64,000 nt of DNA from a bacterium (lineage in GTDB: Bacteria > Myxococcota_A > Bradymonadia > UBA7976 > UBA1532): assembly GCA_030426085.1 (NCBI GenBank), contig JAUHYW010000012.1:84509-148508 (forward strand), given 5' to 3'. The notes beneath the pieces are model-generated. The model worked only from the letters and a program-made list of their open reading frames with translations. It did not search any database and was not told the origin of the DNA. The stretch's first letter is position 1; each line of letters starts with the position of its first letter. Below, piece after piece: positions 19,583-28,606 of this stretch. Position numbers and translations under genes: made by a program.

Positions 19583-20071
19583 TCAGTGCGCGATGGGTGG
19601 CCAGACGGCGAAGTTGTTGCGATAGATCCGAAGGTCGCGCCCGCTACAGGCCACCACCCCCGACCGGAACGACAAGTAGACTTGAAGCGATGGCTTGTCG
19701 CCCGCGATGACACTCCCGATGCCATGCACCCGGTGTTCTCGATACAGATCTTCGCGCGGGATGATCATGAAGTCCGACCAGCGATCCGCGTGGCGGACCG
19801 CCAGCACATAGTTCAGGTCGGGGGTCTGCGGGTCGCCGAGCTGCCGGAGGGGCAGGCTGAACTGCGCCGCGTAGCCCGCCGCCTTCAACGGACGGGCGTT
19901 CGCTGTCTTGACCTGGACCCGATGCAGGCTGCCCGAGTCGTCCTCGACCACGAACAGATCGTCGCCCCGATCGACCGCGGGCACGGCGACGTTGTAGCCC
20001 CGGATCAAGAACTCCGACATCACGGCAGCCTGCCCCGCCGAGCCCGTGTAGAGCGCCCTCATCCTCGACAT
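19583..20071 (-). CDS. PD-(D/E)XK family endonuclease (resembles the group I intron-associated type)
   Basis: G..G...V..EF...GYNVAVP..D.GDDL..(x)..RVQVKT catalytic pattern; weaker GC3 bias than neighbours. Confidence 0.7.
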   Translation of the reverse strand: MSRMRALYTGSAGQAAVMSEFLIRGYNVAVPAVDRGDDLFVVEDDSGSLHRVQVKTANARPLKAAGYAAQFSLPLRQLGDPQTPDLNYVLAVRHADRWSDFMIIPREDLYREHRVHGIGSVIAGDKPSLQVYLSFRSGVVACSGRDLRIYRNNFAVWPPIAH

Positions 20072-20073
20072 GG

Positions 20074-20367
20074 CTATGGTCGCACCTCCATCAGCTTGCC
20101 CGACGACGGTACGCGGATGATCACGCCCCCGAGCGTCTCGAGACGGTCGACGCTGACCCCGGTCAACAGGCTCGCGATCTGGGGCCACATCGGGCCATGC
20201 AGCGTCTCGAAGTCGGCCTGGGTCTCGTGGCCCACGAAGATCCGCGGGGCGGGCTTCGCGCCGGGGAGCGCGGCTTCGAGTCGGAGCTTCGACAGCGGAT
20301 CGAGCTGATATGTCGTGCCGTTCCGCTGCACGCCGGCCAGGATGATGATCGGTTCCTGCTGGTCCAT
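20074..20367 (-). CDS. Small hypothetical protein upstream of the nuclease
   Basis: GGAGG RBS about 8 nt before the ATG; stop lies 2 bp from the nuclease start. Confidence 0.6.
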   Translation of the reverse strand: MDQQEPIIILAGVQRNGTTYQLDPLSKLRLEAALPGAKPAPRIFVGHETQADFETLHGPMWPQIASLLTGVSVDRLETLGGVIIRVPSSGKLMEVRP

Positions 20368-20390
20368 GTCGCGCACCTCCGAACCACCGG

Positions 20391-20406
20391 GACATCGCCC
20401 GATGTC
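20391..20406. promoter_or_regulatory. Palindrome, possible operator of the nuclease cassette
   Basis: GACATCG-CC-CGATGTC about 25 bp upstream of the ATG at 20367. Confidence 0.35.
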
Positions 20407-20464
20407 GCCCTGACGATAGCTCAGGCCCGCAGCCCGGACAATGGCGACCGCAGGGTCATGTCGC

Positions 20465-20890
20465 TCACCGCCCGAGCAGCCGCTGGAAGAAGCCCTTGCC
20501 CGCCGCCTTGTCCTTCAGCGCGAGGACGCGCTTCTCGAGCTGCTTGCGGGTGCGCATGCCGACGAAGACGTCCTCGAGGCGGCCCTGCCAGTAGAAGCCG
20601 ATGGTCGGCAGGCTCTTGATGCCCACCGCGCGGGCGATCTCGGATGCGCGGTCGGTGTCGACCTTGGCGAAGCGCACCTCGGGGTGGTCGGCGGCGAGCG
20701 CGGTGAAGATGGGCGCCAGACGCATGCACGGCTGGCACCACGCGGCCCAGAAGTCGACGACGACCGGCACCTCGGCCTCGAAGACGTGGGCCACGAACTC
20801 TTCGCGGGTCCACAGCTCGGTGATGGGATCCGCCGAGGGTTCGAGGCCCTCGGGGGATGGCTCGGGTGTCTCTTGGCTCATGTCAGGCAC
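20465..20890 (-). CDS. Thioredoxin
   Basis: VVVDFWAAWCQPC, IKSLPT. Confidence 0.92.
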   Translation of the reverse strand: MPDMSQETPEPSPEGLEPSADPITELWTREEFVAHVFEAEVPVVVDFWAAWCQPCMRLAPIFTALAADHPEVRFAKVDTDRASEIARAVGIKSLPTIGFYWQGRLEDVFVGMRTRKQLEKRVLALKDKAAGKGFFQRLLGR

Positions 20891-21812
20891 TCATCAGCCG
20901 GGTGCGGCGCAGGTGGGTCATGGTGGCGTCGAGGTCGTGGGCCGGGGCGAAGCCGAGCACGTCCCGGGCCCGGGCGCCGTCGACCATGCAGACATAACGC
21001 AGGTGATCCAGCTCCGGCGCGGGGAAGCGGGCGAGCCGCAGGGCCCACGCCTTGTCGAGCAGGGTCTCGGCGAGCGGGTGGGGGATCGGGCGGGGCCGGC
21101 CGCGGGCCATCTCGATGAGCACGCTCAGCGGCGCCGGGCGGCAGCCGGGCAGGTTGAAGACCCCCCGGATGCCCGGCCGCAGCGCCTCTTCGATGGCCCG
21201 GGCCACGTCGTCCTCGTGGATGAGCTGCACCATCGGGTCGAAGCCGGCGAGGGTCCACGGCCGGCGCAGCCGCAGGTAGTTGCTCGGCGCGTTGTTCACC
21301 GCCCCGACGATGTGCACCGGGCGCAGGATGACCGTCTCGACGTCGGGGTACTTCCAGAAGAAGCTCTGCCCGAGCATGTCGACCGCGATGAGTGATCGGA
21401 TGTCGCTGAAGCGCTCCCCACCCATCAGCGGGGCGTCCTCGGTGAGGAACTGGGTGTTGTCGGCCCGGGGGCCGTAGACGTTGGCGCTGCTCATCAGGAC
21501 GAGCTTGCCGATGCCATGCTTCTGGCAGTACTCGACCACCCGGGCGGTGCCCTGCACGTTGAAGGTGTAGTGATCGGCGCTCGACGCCCGCAGGTCGTGC
21601 ATCAGGTTGAGGTGCACCACCGCGTCGAAGCCACCCCCCCGGAAGATGGCTTCGCTGCGCTTGCGGCGGATGTCGATGCGGTGCACCTCGACGTCGGCCG
21701 GGGCCCGGTTGAACGGGCGCCGGTCGAGGCCGACGACGGCGTGGTGCCGGTGCAGCCGGCGAGCGACCCGGGCTCCGAAGCGGCCGCTGATGCCGGTGAG
21801 GGCGATCCTCAT
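20883..21812 (-). CDS. NAD-dependent epimerase/dehydratase (extended SDR)
   Basis: LTGISGRFG Rossmann motif, NVQGT, SSANVYG, QLIHEDDVARA. Confidence 0.88.
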   Translation of the reverse strand: MRIALTGISGRFGARVARRLHRHHAVVGLDRRPFNRAPADVEVHRIDIRRKRSEAIFRGGGFDAVVHLNLMHDLRASSADHYTFNVQGTARVVEYCQKHGIGKLVLMSSANVYGPRADNTQFLTEDAPLMGGERFSDIRSLIAVDMLGQSFFWKYPDVETVILRPVHIVGAVNNAPSNYLRLRRPWTLAGFDPMVQLIHEDDVARAIEEALRPGIRGVFNLPGCRPAPLSVLIEMARGRPRPIPHPLAETLLDKAWALRLARFPAPELDHLRYVCMVDGARARDVLGFAPAHDLDATMTHLRRTRLMSA

Positions 21813-22666
21813 CGGAACCAGCCCTTGCGCTCGATCAGGCCCCGCCGCAGCAGGCCGTCGACCGCGTCCCGCACCACGCCCACCCGGGCCGCGATCTCGG
21901 CCTCGTCGTCGTCGGGGTCGCCGATGAACGTCAGCGGGCGGCCGAAGTAGATCCGGTACTTGACCGGCAGCGGCAGCAGGCCCAGGCCCGGGACGAGCGG
22001 GTTGAGCGGCACCGGCACCGCCGGCAGCCCGAGCGCCTTGGCCACGCCCGTCAGGTTCCACGGGGTGGGGTACTGCTCCTCGGCGCCGACGACGCCCACC
22101 GGCACGATGGGGGTGTTCGTCTCGAGCGCCAGCCGCATGAAACCGTGGCCGAAGGCCTGGAGCTCGTAGGCGTGGTCCCAGGTCTTGTTGATGCCCCGCA
22201 CGCCCTCGGGGAAGACGAGCACCGGGTGCTCTTCGCGCAGCAGCGTGCGGCAGTTCTCGGGGGTGCCGAGCACCTGCCCCAGCCGGCTGAAGAAGACGCT
22301 GACGAAGGGCAGCGAGGGCACCCACCGCTCGACCATCGAGCGCACCGCCCGCGGCGGATCGGCGTCGAGGATGAGCGCGGTGGCGATCATCATCGCGTCG
22401 ATGGGCACCTGGCCGCTGTGGTTGGCGATGAGCAGCACCCGACCCGGCGGGATGTGCTCGAGGCCGATGGGCTCGACCCGGAACCAGCGGCGGTAGACCT
22501 GCTCGACCACCGGCACGACGTACTTGATCTGCTCGGGGGTGAAGCCGAAGTCGTCCGCCGGGCGGTCGCCGATGGCCGCTTGCAGCTCGTCGATGCGGTC
22601 GAGCAGCTCCGACGGCAGCCGGCTGTCGACCGCTTCGACCAGGATGTCCTGCAAGGCGCTGAGCAT
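21809..22666 (-). CDS. Lysophospholipid/glycerol acyltransferase (PlsC-like)
   Basis: NHSG..PID (HX4D-like), VFPEG, PIVPVG motifs; overlaps the SDR start. Confidence 0.9.
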   Translation of the reverse strand: MLSALQDILVEAVDSRLPSELLDRIDELQAAIGDRPADDFGFTPEQIKYVVPVVEQVYRRWFRVEPIGLEHIPPGRVLLIANHSGQVPIDAMMIATALILDADPPRAVRSMVERWVPSLPFVSVFFSRLGQVLGTPENCRTLLREEHPVLVFPEGVRGINKTWDHAYELQAFGHGFMRLALETNTPIVPVGVVGAEEQYPTPWNLTGVAKALGLPAVPVPLNPLVPGLGLLPLPVKYRIYFGRPLTFIGDPDDDEAEIAARVGVVRDAVDGLLRRGLIERKGWFR

Positions 22667-22757
22667 GGGGGCGATTCTGGACGGTGCGCGGCCGGCGCGC
22701 AACCGGCGTGCATCGGGCGGCGCGGCGGGGCACGATCGACGCGACGGGAGGTGCAGC

Positions 22758-24185
22758 ATGCGCGCGTGGCGACGGGTCGTGATCGGATGGGCGCTCGCGC
22801 TGGCCGGGTGCGGGCTGCGCTCGGGCGACGCGCCGGGGCCCGTCGAGCGGGTGGACGCGGCGGTTCGGGCAGCGGTGATCGACGCGGGCGACGGACCCGA
22901 CGCGGGCGATGGACCCGACGCCGTTGCCGGGGAGCGCTGCGACGGCATCGACGACGACGGCGACGGGCGGACCGACGAGGGCTTCGCGGTGGGCGCGGCC
23001 TGCTTCGCCGGCCGGGGTGCCTGTCGGGCCGAGGGGGTCATGGCCTGCGCCCCGGAGAAGGGCACCGCCCGCTGCGTGACGATCGGGGGCGGCGCGCCGT
23101 CGGCCGAGGTCTGCGATCGGGTGGACAACGACTGCGATGGCCGGCTGGACGAAGGCTTCGCGGTGGATGAGATCTGCGGCGTGGGGCGGGGCGCGTGCCG
23201 CTCGACGGGGCTGGTGGCGTGCGGCGACGACGGCCTGCCCTACTGCGCGGCCGATCCGCCCCAGCGGCCGGCAGCCGAGTCCTGCGATGGCATCGACGAT
23301 GACTGCGACGGGTCCATCGACGAGGACTTCGGCATCGGGCAGCCATGCGCCGCGGGCCTCGGCGCCTGCCGGGCCGAAGGCGTGACGGTGTGCCACGGCC
23401 CGGACGCCGCCCGGTGCGACGCGACGCCCGGCGTGCCATCGGACGAGATCTGCGATGGCATCGACAACGACTGCGGCGGGGCGGTCGACGAGCGGTGGGG
23501 GCTGGGCCGCTATTGCAGCGTCGGGCGGGGCGGCTGCTGGGTCGAGGGGGAGCGGATCTGTGATGAAGAGACCGGGCGCACCCGCTGCAGCGCCGAGTGG
23601 GGGGCGCCCGCGGATGAGGTGTGCAATGGCATCGACGACGACTGTGACACCTGGACCGACGAGGACATGCCGCCCGGGCTGGCGTGCGCGTGCCGGGACG
23701 GGGCCTGCGCGCTGCGCCCGCTGGCCTGCGCCGACGTGCCGATTGAAGACTGCCCCGACGAGCCCGGCTGCGCGGTCTGGACCCGCCGCTGGTGCCGTGA
23801 CGACTGCGCGCCGATCTGCGCGCTGGCCCTCGAGAAGTGCCGGGGGCAGAGCTTCAGCACCTGCCAGCAGGAGCCCAACTGCCGGTGGCACGTCGACGAG
23901 GTGGAGTGCCCCGATCCGGTGCCGGGGGTGCGCCACCGGGGCTGCTTCGATCCCCGGGAGCGGTGCTGGCCGGCCGATCGCCACTGCGAATCCCTGGACC
24001 GGGTGCTCTGCCAGCGGGATCGGGCGTGCGAGTGGGAGACCCGCCAGGTCTGCCCCGACTGGGCCCCGGACTGCTGGTTCGAGCCGCGGGACGATGGCTG
24101 CCCATGCCTCGACCGGCTCTCGTGCATCGAGATGGACGATGCCTGTGACTGGGTCGGGCGCTGCGTGTATGCCCGCGGCGAGTGA
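22758..24185 (+). CDS. Cys-rich secreted lipoprotein with repeated C-D-G-x-D-(N/D)-D-C metal-binding (MopE-related) motifs
   Basis: Lipobox LAGC; five E.CDG(I/V)D(N/D)D(C)-type modules; further Cys-rich C-terminus. Confidence 0.8.
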   Translation: MRAWRRVVIGWALALAGCGLRSGDAPGPVERVDAAVRAAVIDAGDGPDAGDGPDAVAGERCDGIDDDGDGRTDEGFAVGAACFAGRGACRAEGVMACAPEKGTARCVTIGGGAPSAEVCDRVDNDCDGRLDEGFAVDEICGVGRGACRSTGLVACGDDGLPYCAADPPQRPAAESCDGIDDDCDGSIDEDFGIGQPCAAGLGACRAEGVTVCHGPDAARCDATPGVPSDEICDGIDNDCGGAVDERWGLGRYCSVGRGGCWVEGERICDEETGRTRCSAEWGAPADEVCNGIDDDCDTWTDEDMPPGLACACRDGACALRPLACADVPIEDCPDEPGCAVWTRRWCRDDCAPICALALEKCRGQSFSTCQQEPNCRWHVDEVECPDPVPGVRHRGCFDPRERCWPADRHCESLDRVLCQRDRACEWETRQVCPDWAPDCWFEPRDDGCPCLDRLSCIEMDDACDWVGRCVYARGE

Positions 24186-24272
24186 GCCCGGGTGATGCGG
24201 GGCGAGCCGGCTTGCGCCGACGGGCGGCCTGGATCCACGATGCGCGCCGATACGGCCGAGGTGGAGGTGCCC

Positions 24273-25550
24273 GTGAAGCTCGACGATCTGGTCCCGGTGA
24301 AGCTGCCCGATGACGCCCGGGCGATCCTGCCCGAAGAGGTCATCCTCGAGCGCGGCGCCCGGTCGGCGCTGCCGGCCGCCGTGAAGCGCCACATCGGCGG
24401 CGCGCCGCTGGTGGTGGGCGACCCCGATACGCTGGCGGCGGCCGGCCCGCTCGACCTGCCCCACCGGCTGCTGGACCTCGGGCCGCACCCCCACGCCGAC
24501 GACGCGACGGTCGCCCGGGTCCGGGCGGCCCGGGGCGATACGCCGGGCTACGTGGCGGTGGGCAGCGGCACGATCAACGACCTGTGCAAGCGGGCGGCCG
24601 AGCTGGACGGGGTGCCGTTCGTGGCCCTGGGCACCGCGGCGAGCATGAACGGCTACGCCAGCGGCATCGCGGCGATCCTCAGCGACGGTCTCAAGACGAC
24701 GGTGCCCAGCCGGCCGGCGCGGGCGGTGATCCTCGACACCGACATCCTCGCGGCGGCGCCGGCCCGGCTGGCGCAGGCCGGGCTGGGCGATCTGCTCAGC
24801 AAGCCGGTCAGCGACAGCGACTGGTGGCTGGCCGATCAGCTCGAGGGCACCGGCTACAGCGCGCTGCCGGGGCGGGTGGTCGACCGGGCGGTGGACGCGG
24901 CGGCGGCGGCGGCGAGCGGGCTGGCGGCGCGGGCGCCCGCGGCTCACGGGCGGCTGGGCGAGGCGCTGACCCTCAGCGGGGTGGCGATGGTGGTCGCCGG
25001 CAGCAGCGCCCCGGCGAGCGGCGGCGAGCACCTGCTGAGCCACCTGTGGGACATGGAGGCCATCGCCGCCGGGCGCGAGACCCGGCTGCACGGGGCGCAG
25101 GTGGGGGTGACGACCCTGATCAGCGCCGCGCTGTACGCCGCGCTGGTCGAGCTGGAGGCGCCCGATCTGACCGCGCCGCCTCCGTGGCCCGAGGAGGCGG
25201 CCCGCATCCGCCGCGAATTCGGCGGGCTGGCCGAGGCGATCCTGCCGCAAGCGAAGCGCAAGCACGCCCGGGCCGGGGACCGGCTGGACATCCTGCGCGA
25301 TCGGTGGGAGGAGCTGCGGGCGCGGCTGGCGGGGCGGGCGATCCCATCGCCCGAGTCGCTCAGGGCGACGCTGAAGGCCGCCGGCGCGCCGAGCACGCTG
25401 GCCGATCTGGGCGAGTCCCGAGTCAACGCGGCCCGGGTGTTCCGGCTGGCGCGGGACATCCGCGATCGGGTGACGGTGCTGGACGTGGCGTTCGAGGTGG
25501 GGTTGCTTCCGGGCGGGATCGAGGCGGTGCTGGACCGCGCGGGGGTCTGA
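24273..25550 (+). CDS. sn-glycerol-1-phosphate dehydrogenase family (EgsA/AraM-like)
   Basis: GSGTINDLCK, TAASMNGYAS, AGLGD.L.K, DW, PASGGEHLLSH.WDM, LHGAQVG; GGAGG before the GTG at 24273. Confidence 0.85.
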   Translation: MKLDDLVPVKLPDDARAILPEEVILERGARSALPAAVKRHIGGAPLVVGDPDTLAAAGPLDLPHRLLDLGPHPHADDATVARVRAARGDTPGYVAVGSGTINDLCKRAAELDGVPFVALGTAASMNGYASGIAAILSDGLKTTVPSRPARAVILDTDILAAAPARLAQAGLGDLLSKPVSDSDWWLADQLEGTGYSALPGRVVDRAVDAAAAAASGLAARAPAAHGRLGEALTLSGVAMVVAGSSAPASGGEHLLSHLWDMEAIAAGRETRLHGAQVGVTTLISAALYAALVELEAPDLTAPPPWPEEAARIRREFGGLAEAILPQAKRKHARAGDRLDILRDRWEELRARLAGRAIPSPESLRATLKAAGAPSTLADLGESRVNAARVFRLARDIRDRVTVLDVAFEVGLLPGGIEAVLDRAGV

Positions 25551-25574
25551 TCCCGCGCGGTCGGGGGCGTCGTC

Positions 25575-25922
25575 TCAGTCGACGAAGCCGAAGCAGGCGG
25601 GGGCGGCGTCGAAGACGAGGCAGCCGTAGAACTCGCCGCAGGCCTCCTCGACGCAGTTGTTGAGCGTGTCGATGGCTTCGCTGCGGTGGTCGGCGTCGCA
25701 GGTGTCGTCGAGGGTGTCGATGCACTCGTTGGTGCACTCCTCGTCTTCTTCGCTGCTCAGCGACTCGTCGGCGCAGTCCGACTTGCGATCACAGTAGTCA
25801 TCGCAGGCCTCCCACGAGCGCACGTCCTCGACGGCGTCTTCGGCCTCGCCGCAGCCGGCGATCATGGGGGCGACACCGAACAGCGAGAGCGCGACGACGG
25901 CGGCCTTGAGAGTGGGGTTCAT
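25575..25922 (-). CDS. Small acidic Cys-rich lipoprotein
   Basis: Lipobox IAGC, multiple paired Cys; AGGAGG RBS. Confidence 0.8.
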   Translation of the reverse strand: MNPTLKAAVVALSLFGVAPMIAGCGEAEDAVEDVRSWEACDDYCDRKSDCADESLSSEEDEECTNECIDTLDDTCDADHRSEAIDTLNNCVEEACGEFYGCLVFDAAPACFGFVD

Positions 25923-25969
25923 GGGATCCTCCTGATGAGTGTGTGGGTCAGCGTTCGCGACCCGGACTT

Positions 25970-25986
25970 TGCGAGCGCCGTGCCAG
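25970..25986 (-). promoter_or_regulatory. Putative sigma54 promoter
   Basis: Minus strand CTGGCACGGCGCTCGCA, close to TGGCAC-N5-TTGC, about 48 bp upstream of the ATG at 25922. Confidence 0.65.
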
Positions 25987-26181
25987 CCGCTGGAGGCCGC
26001 ATTCCACTGCCGTTCGGATCCGACCTCGGCGGCCGGATCGGGGACATCCGGTCACCGGCGCGGCCGATCGGGGCGCTCTGCCCCAGCCGGGGGGTGAGGT
26101 CGTCGCCCGGGGCGCTCGACAGGCTTGCGCCGGGCCGCCGGTCGGGCGAGGGTGGCCCGGCGACTGACGGGAGGCAGAGCG

Positions 26182-26952
26182 ATGCGCGGAATCCGATGGG
26201 GCCTGGCGATGGTGGGCCTGATGGGGCTGGCGGCCTGTGGCGGCAAGCAGTCCGGGGCGGTGGCCGGTCAGGCCGATCTGCTCGCCGAAGACGACGTGGT
26301 GGCGACGCCGGTGCAGAAGGGCGGGCTGCCCGCGGCGCCGGGCGCGCCCAAGGCGGCGCTGCCGGTGACGGCGGCCGAGCTGACCGAGACCCGCTGCCTG
26401 GGCTTCATGCCCGACGGCAAGGGGGTCTTCATCGCGCTCGAGGAGCGGCTGCCGAGCGAGAAGGGGCCGGTGCGGGTGGTGCGCACGGTGGCCGCGGCGC
26501 CCGGCGCGAAGCACGGCCTGCCCCAGATCGAGCTGGGGCGGATGTCGCCGGAGGATGAGTCGGAGGACGAGATGTTCGGCGACGGGCTCGAGCTGGACAT
26601 CTCGGAGCACCTCGAGGCGGTCAACCGGGTCATCGAGGGGCAGAAGCTGCTCGCCTGCCAGAAGGGCGTCGACCTCGAGATGGGGGCCGGCGGCTTCCGG
26701 CGCAAGGTGCGCGAGATGGCGGCGTATCCCGCGGGCAAGCCGTTCAAGGTGAGCTTCCGCGACGGGGCGGTCTTCGCCGGCCCGGCGGACGGCGCGGCCC
26801 GGCAGTTCGCCCAGGCCCCCGACGAGGAGGGGGCCGAGTACAAGCTGACCGACGTGTGGTTCACGACGAAGACCCCGGGCATCGTGGCGGTGATCTCGGA
26901 CGCGTCGAGCGAGCAGGCCCGGCGGGTGGTGGTCTACATTCCCGCGGGTTGA
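26182..26952 (+). CDS. Hypothetical lipoprotein
   Basis: MRGIRWGLAMVGLMGLAAC lipobox; GC3-biased ORF. Confidence 0.8.
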   Translation: MRGIRWGLAMVGLMGLAACGGKQSGAVAGQADLLAEDDVVATPVQKGGLPAAPGAPKAALPVTAAELTETRCLGFMPDGKGVFIALEERLPSEKGPVRVVRTVAAAPGAKHGLPQIELGRMSPEDESEDEMFGDGLELDISEHLEAVNRVIEGQKLLACQKGVDLEMGAGGFRRKVREMAAYPAGKPFKVSFRDGAVFAGPADGAARQFAQAPDEEGAEYKLTDVWFTTKTPGIVAVISDASSEQARRVVVYIPAG

Positions 26953-27037
26953 GCGGCGGGCGCCGATCGGGCAGGGCGGCCGGCGACATGATCCGTGGAC
27001 GCCGCGTGGGCGGCGCTCCAAGGAACGGGAGTCGGGA

Positions 27038-28297
27038 ATGACGGGCCTCGCGAAGCATCTTTTCACCGTGTTCTGTGCGCTGGCGCTGGCCGGCTGTCTG
27101 CCGTCGTCTTCGGGTGATGGCGGCGCCGAGAGCTGCGACGAGGGCGAGCTGGTCGTCTGCGTCTGCCCGGACGATACGCCGTCGGTTCAGACCTGCGGGG
27201 CGGACGGCGAGCTGTCGGCCTGCGCCTGCGATCCGGGCGGCGAGGGGGAAGGCGAGGGCGAGGGCGAAGGTGAGGGCGAGGGGGAAGGCGAGGGCGAGGG
27301 CGAGGGGGAAGGCGAGGGCGAAGGTGAGGGCGAGGGCGAAGGTGAGGGCGAAGGTGAGGGCGAGGGGGAAGGTGAGGGCGAAGGTGAGGGCGAGGGGGAA
27401 GGTGAGGGCGAGGGGGAAGGCGAGGGCGAGCAGTGCCCGGTCGGCATCCCGGCGGTCGACCGCTACGCGGTGTCGCCGCTCGATGTCGTGGAGCTGGACG
27501 GCGGGCCCTCCGTGGACCCCGATGGCCCCGATGGCCGCCCGGTCGGTTACGCCTGGACGGTGGTCCAGCGCCCGGTCGGTTCGGTCGCCCAGCCGGTGGA
27601 GAGGTTCTTCGACCCGCTCCGCCCGGCGGACGGTGGCCAGGAGGACGACCCGGCGACCTCGACCGCGCTCTTCTTCGTCGATCTGGCCGGAGAGTACGTC
27701 ATCGAGCTCCGGGTGACCGACGCGGCGGGCAACGTGGCCCCGACCGAAGAGTGCCCGACCGGAGCGCGGGTGACGATCCTCGCCACCGTCGACTCGGCGC
27801 TGCACATTCAACTCACCTGGGATACGCCGATGGATGAGGATCAGTCCGACAGCGAGGGCGCCGACGTCGACCTGTGGTTGCGGCACCCGTCGGCCGCGGG
27901 ATGGAGCGACGTCGACCATCGCTGCTACTACGCCAACGTGGCGCCCGATTGGGGAGAGTCGGGCGTCCTCGACGACAACCCCACCCTCGACATTGACGAC
28001 GTCAACGGCGCCGGTCCGGAGAACATCAACCTCGCCCGCCCCGAGGACACCGAGCTGCTGGGCGCCCCCTACCTGATCGGGGTGCACTACTACCGCAGCG
28101 AACTCGAGGGCAGGCTGGGCGACTACGGCGAGAGCACCGCCCGACTGCGGGTCTACTTGCGCGGTGTGCTGGCCTATGAGGCCGAGCAGGTGCTGCTCGG
28201 CACCAACAGTTTCTGGGTGCCGGCCGGTATCACCTCGACCGCCGACGGGCTCGATCTCGTGGAGGTGGGCGACGTCTACGAGATACCGCCGCAGTAG
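27038..28297 (+). CDS. (GE)n-repeat lipoprotein with PKD-like and DVDL-type C-terminal domains, copy 1
   Basis: Lipobox LAGC; Cys module; 32 GE units; LDG..S.DPDG..YAW and AGEYVIEL.VTD (PKD-like); LTWD..DVDL..DD.NG.GPENI. Confidence 0.85.
   Translation: MTGLAKHLFTVFCALALAGCLPSSSGDGGAESCDEGELVVCVCPDDTPSVQTCGADGELSACACDPGGEGEGEGEGEGEGEGEGEGEGEGEGEGEGEGEGEGEGEGEGEGEGEGEGEGEGEGEGEGEGEGEQCPVGIPAVDRYAVSPLDVVELDGGPSVDPDGPDGRPVGYAWTVVQRPVGSVAQPVERFFDPLRPADGGQEDDPATSTALFFVDLAGEYVIELRVTDAAGNVAPTEECPTGARVTILATVDSALHIQLTWDTPMDEDQSDSEGADVDLWLRHPSAAGWSDVDHRCYYANVAPDWGESGVLDDNPTLDIDDVNGAGPENINLARPEDTELLGAPYLIGVHYYRSELEGRLGDYGESTARLRVYLRGVLAYEAEQVLLGTNSFWVPAGITSTADGLDLVEVGDVYEIPPQ
27239..27430 (+). repeat. 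Hexamer repeat GGNGAR x32 encoding (GE)32
   Basis: 192 nt counted in frame. Confidence 0.95.
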
Positions 28298-28305
28298 TCC
28301 GGGCC

Positions 28306-28389
28306 TCAGCGCTCCCGCCGGCGGTGGCACAGGTCGCGTACAGCCGCCGGTGACAGCCCGGTCTCAGCCGGTCGGGGCCGAGGGCGGCG
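28306..28389 (-). pseudogene. Remnant of the 3' end of the HEAT/LRR gene (30046..32355)
   Basis: Encodes ETGLSPAAVRDLCHRRRER* versus ETGLSPAVVRDLCRRRRGG* in the intact gene. Confidence 0.8.
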
Positions 28390-28520
28390 ACCGGGCCATC
28401 GAGGGGCAGACGCTGTTCGCCTGCCAGAAGGCCTCGGATGGAGCGGACGGCTCCCGGCACATGGAGCGCAGGCGGCGGTGTACGGCCCGGCGGCGGGTGA
28501 TCGACATTCTCGCGGGTTGA
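28390..28520 (+). pseudogene. Internally deleted remnant of the 3' part of lipoprotein 26182..26952
   Basis: RAIEGQTLFACQK versus RVIEGQKLLACQK; ends acattctcgcgggttga versus acattcccgcgggttga. Confidence 0.8.
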
Positions 28521-28606
28521 GCGGCGGGCGCCGATCGGGTAGGGCCACCGAAGACATGATCCGGTCGGCGCCGCGTGGGCGGCGATCCAAGGAATGGGAG
28601 TCGGGA

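Noticed and set aside
20883-25265. Very long alternative ORFs (e.g. 20883..25265, 58510..63798, 29614..33036, 9623..12916, 15435..18296)
   Set aside because: Stop-poor shadow frames expected at this GC content, overlapping well-supported genes; only the SDR portion (20883..21812) is kept.
24273-25550. G1P dehydrogenase as a sign of archaeal contamination
   Set aside because: Codon usage and GC match the flanking bacterial genes, and bacterial AraM-type homologues are known.
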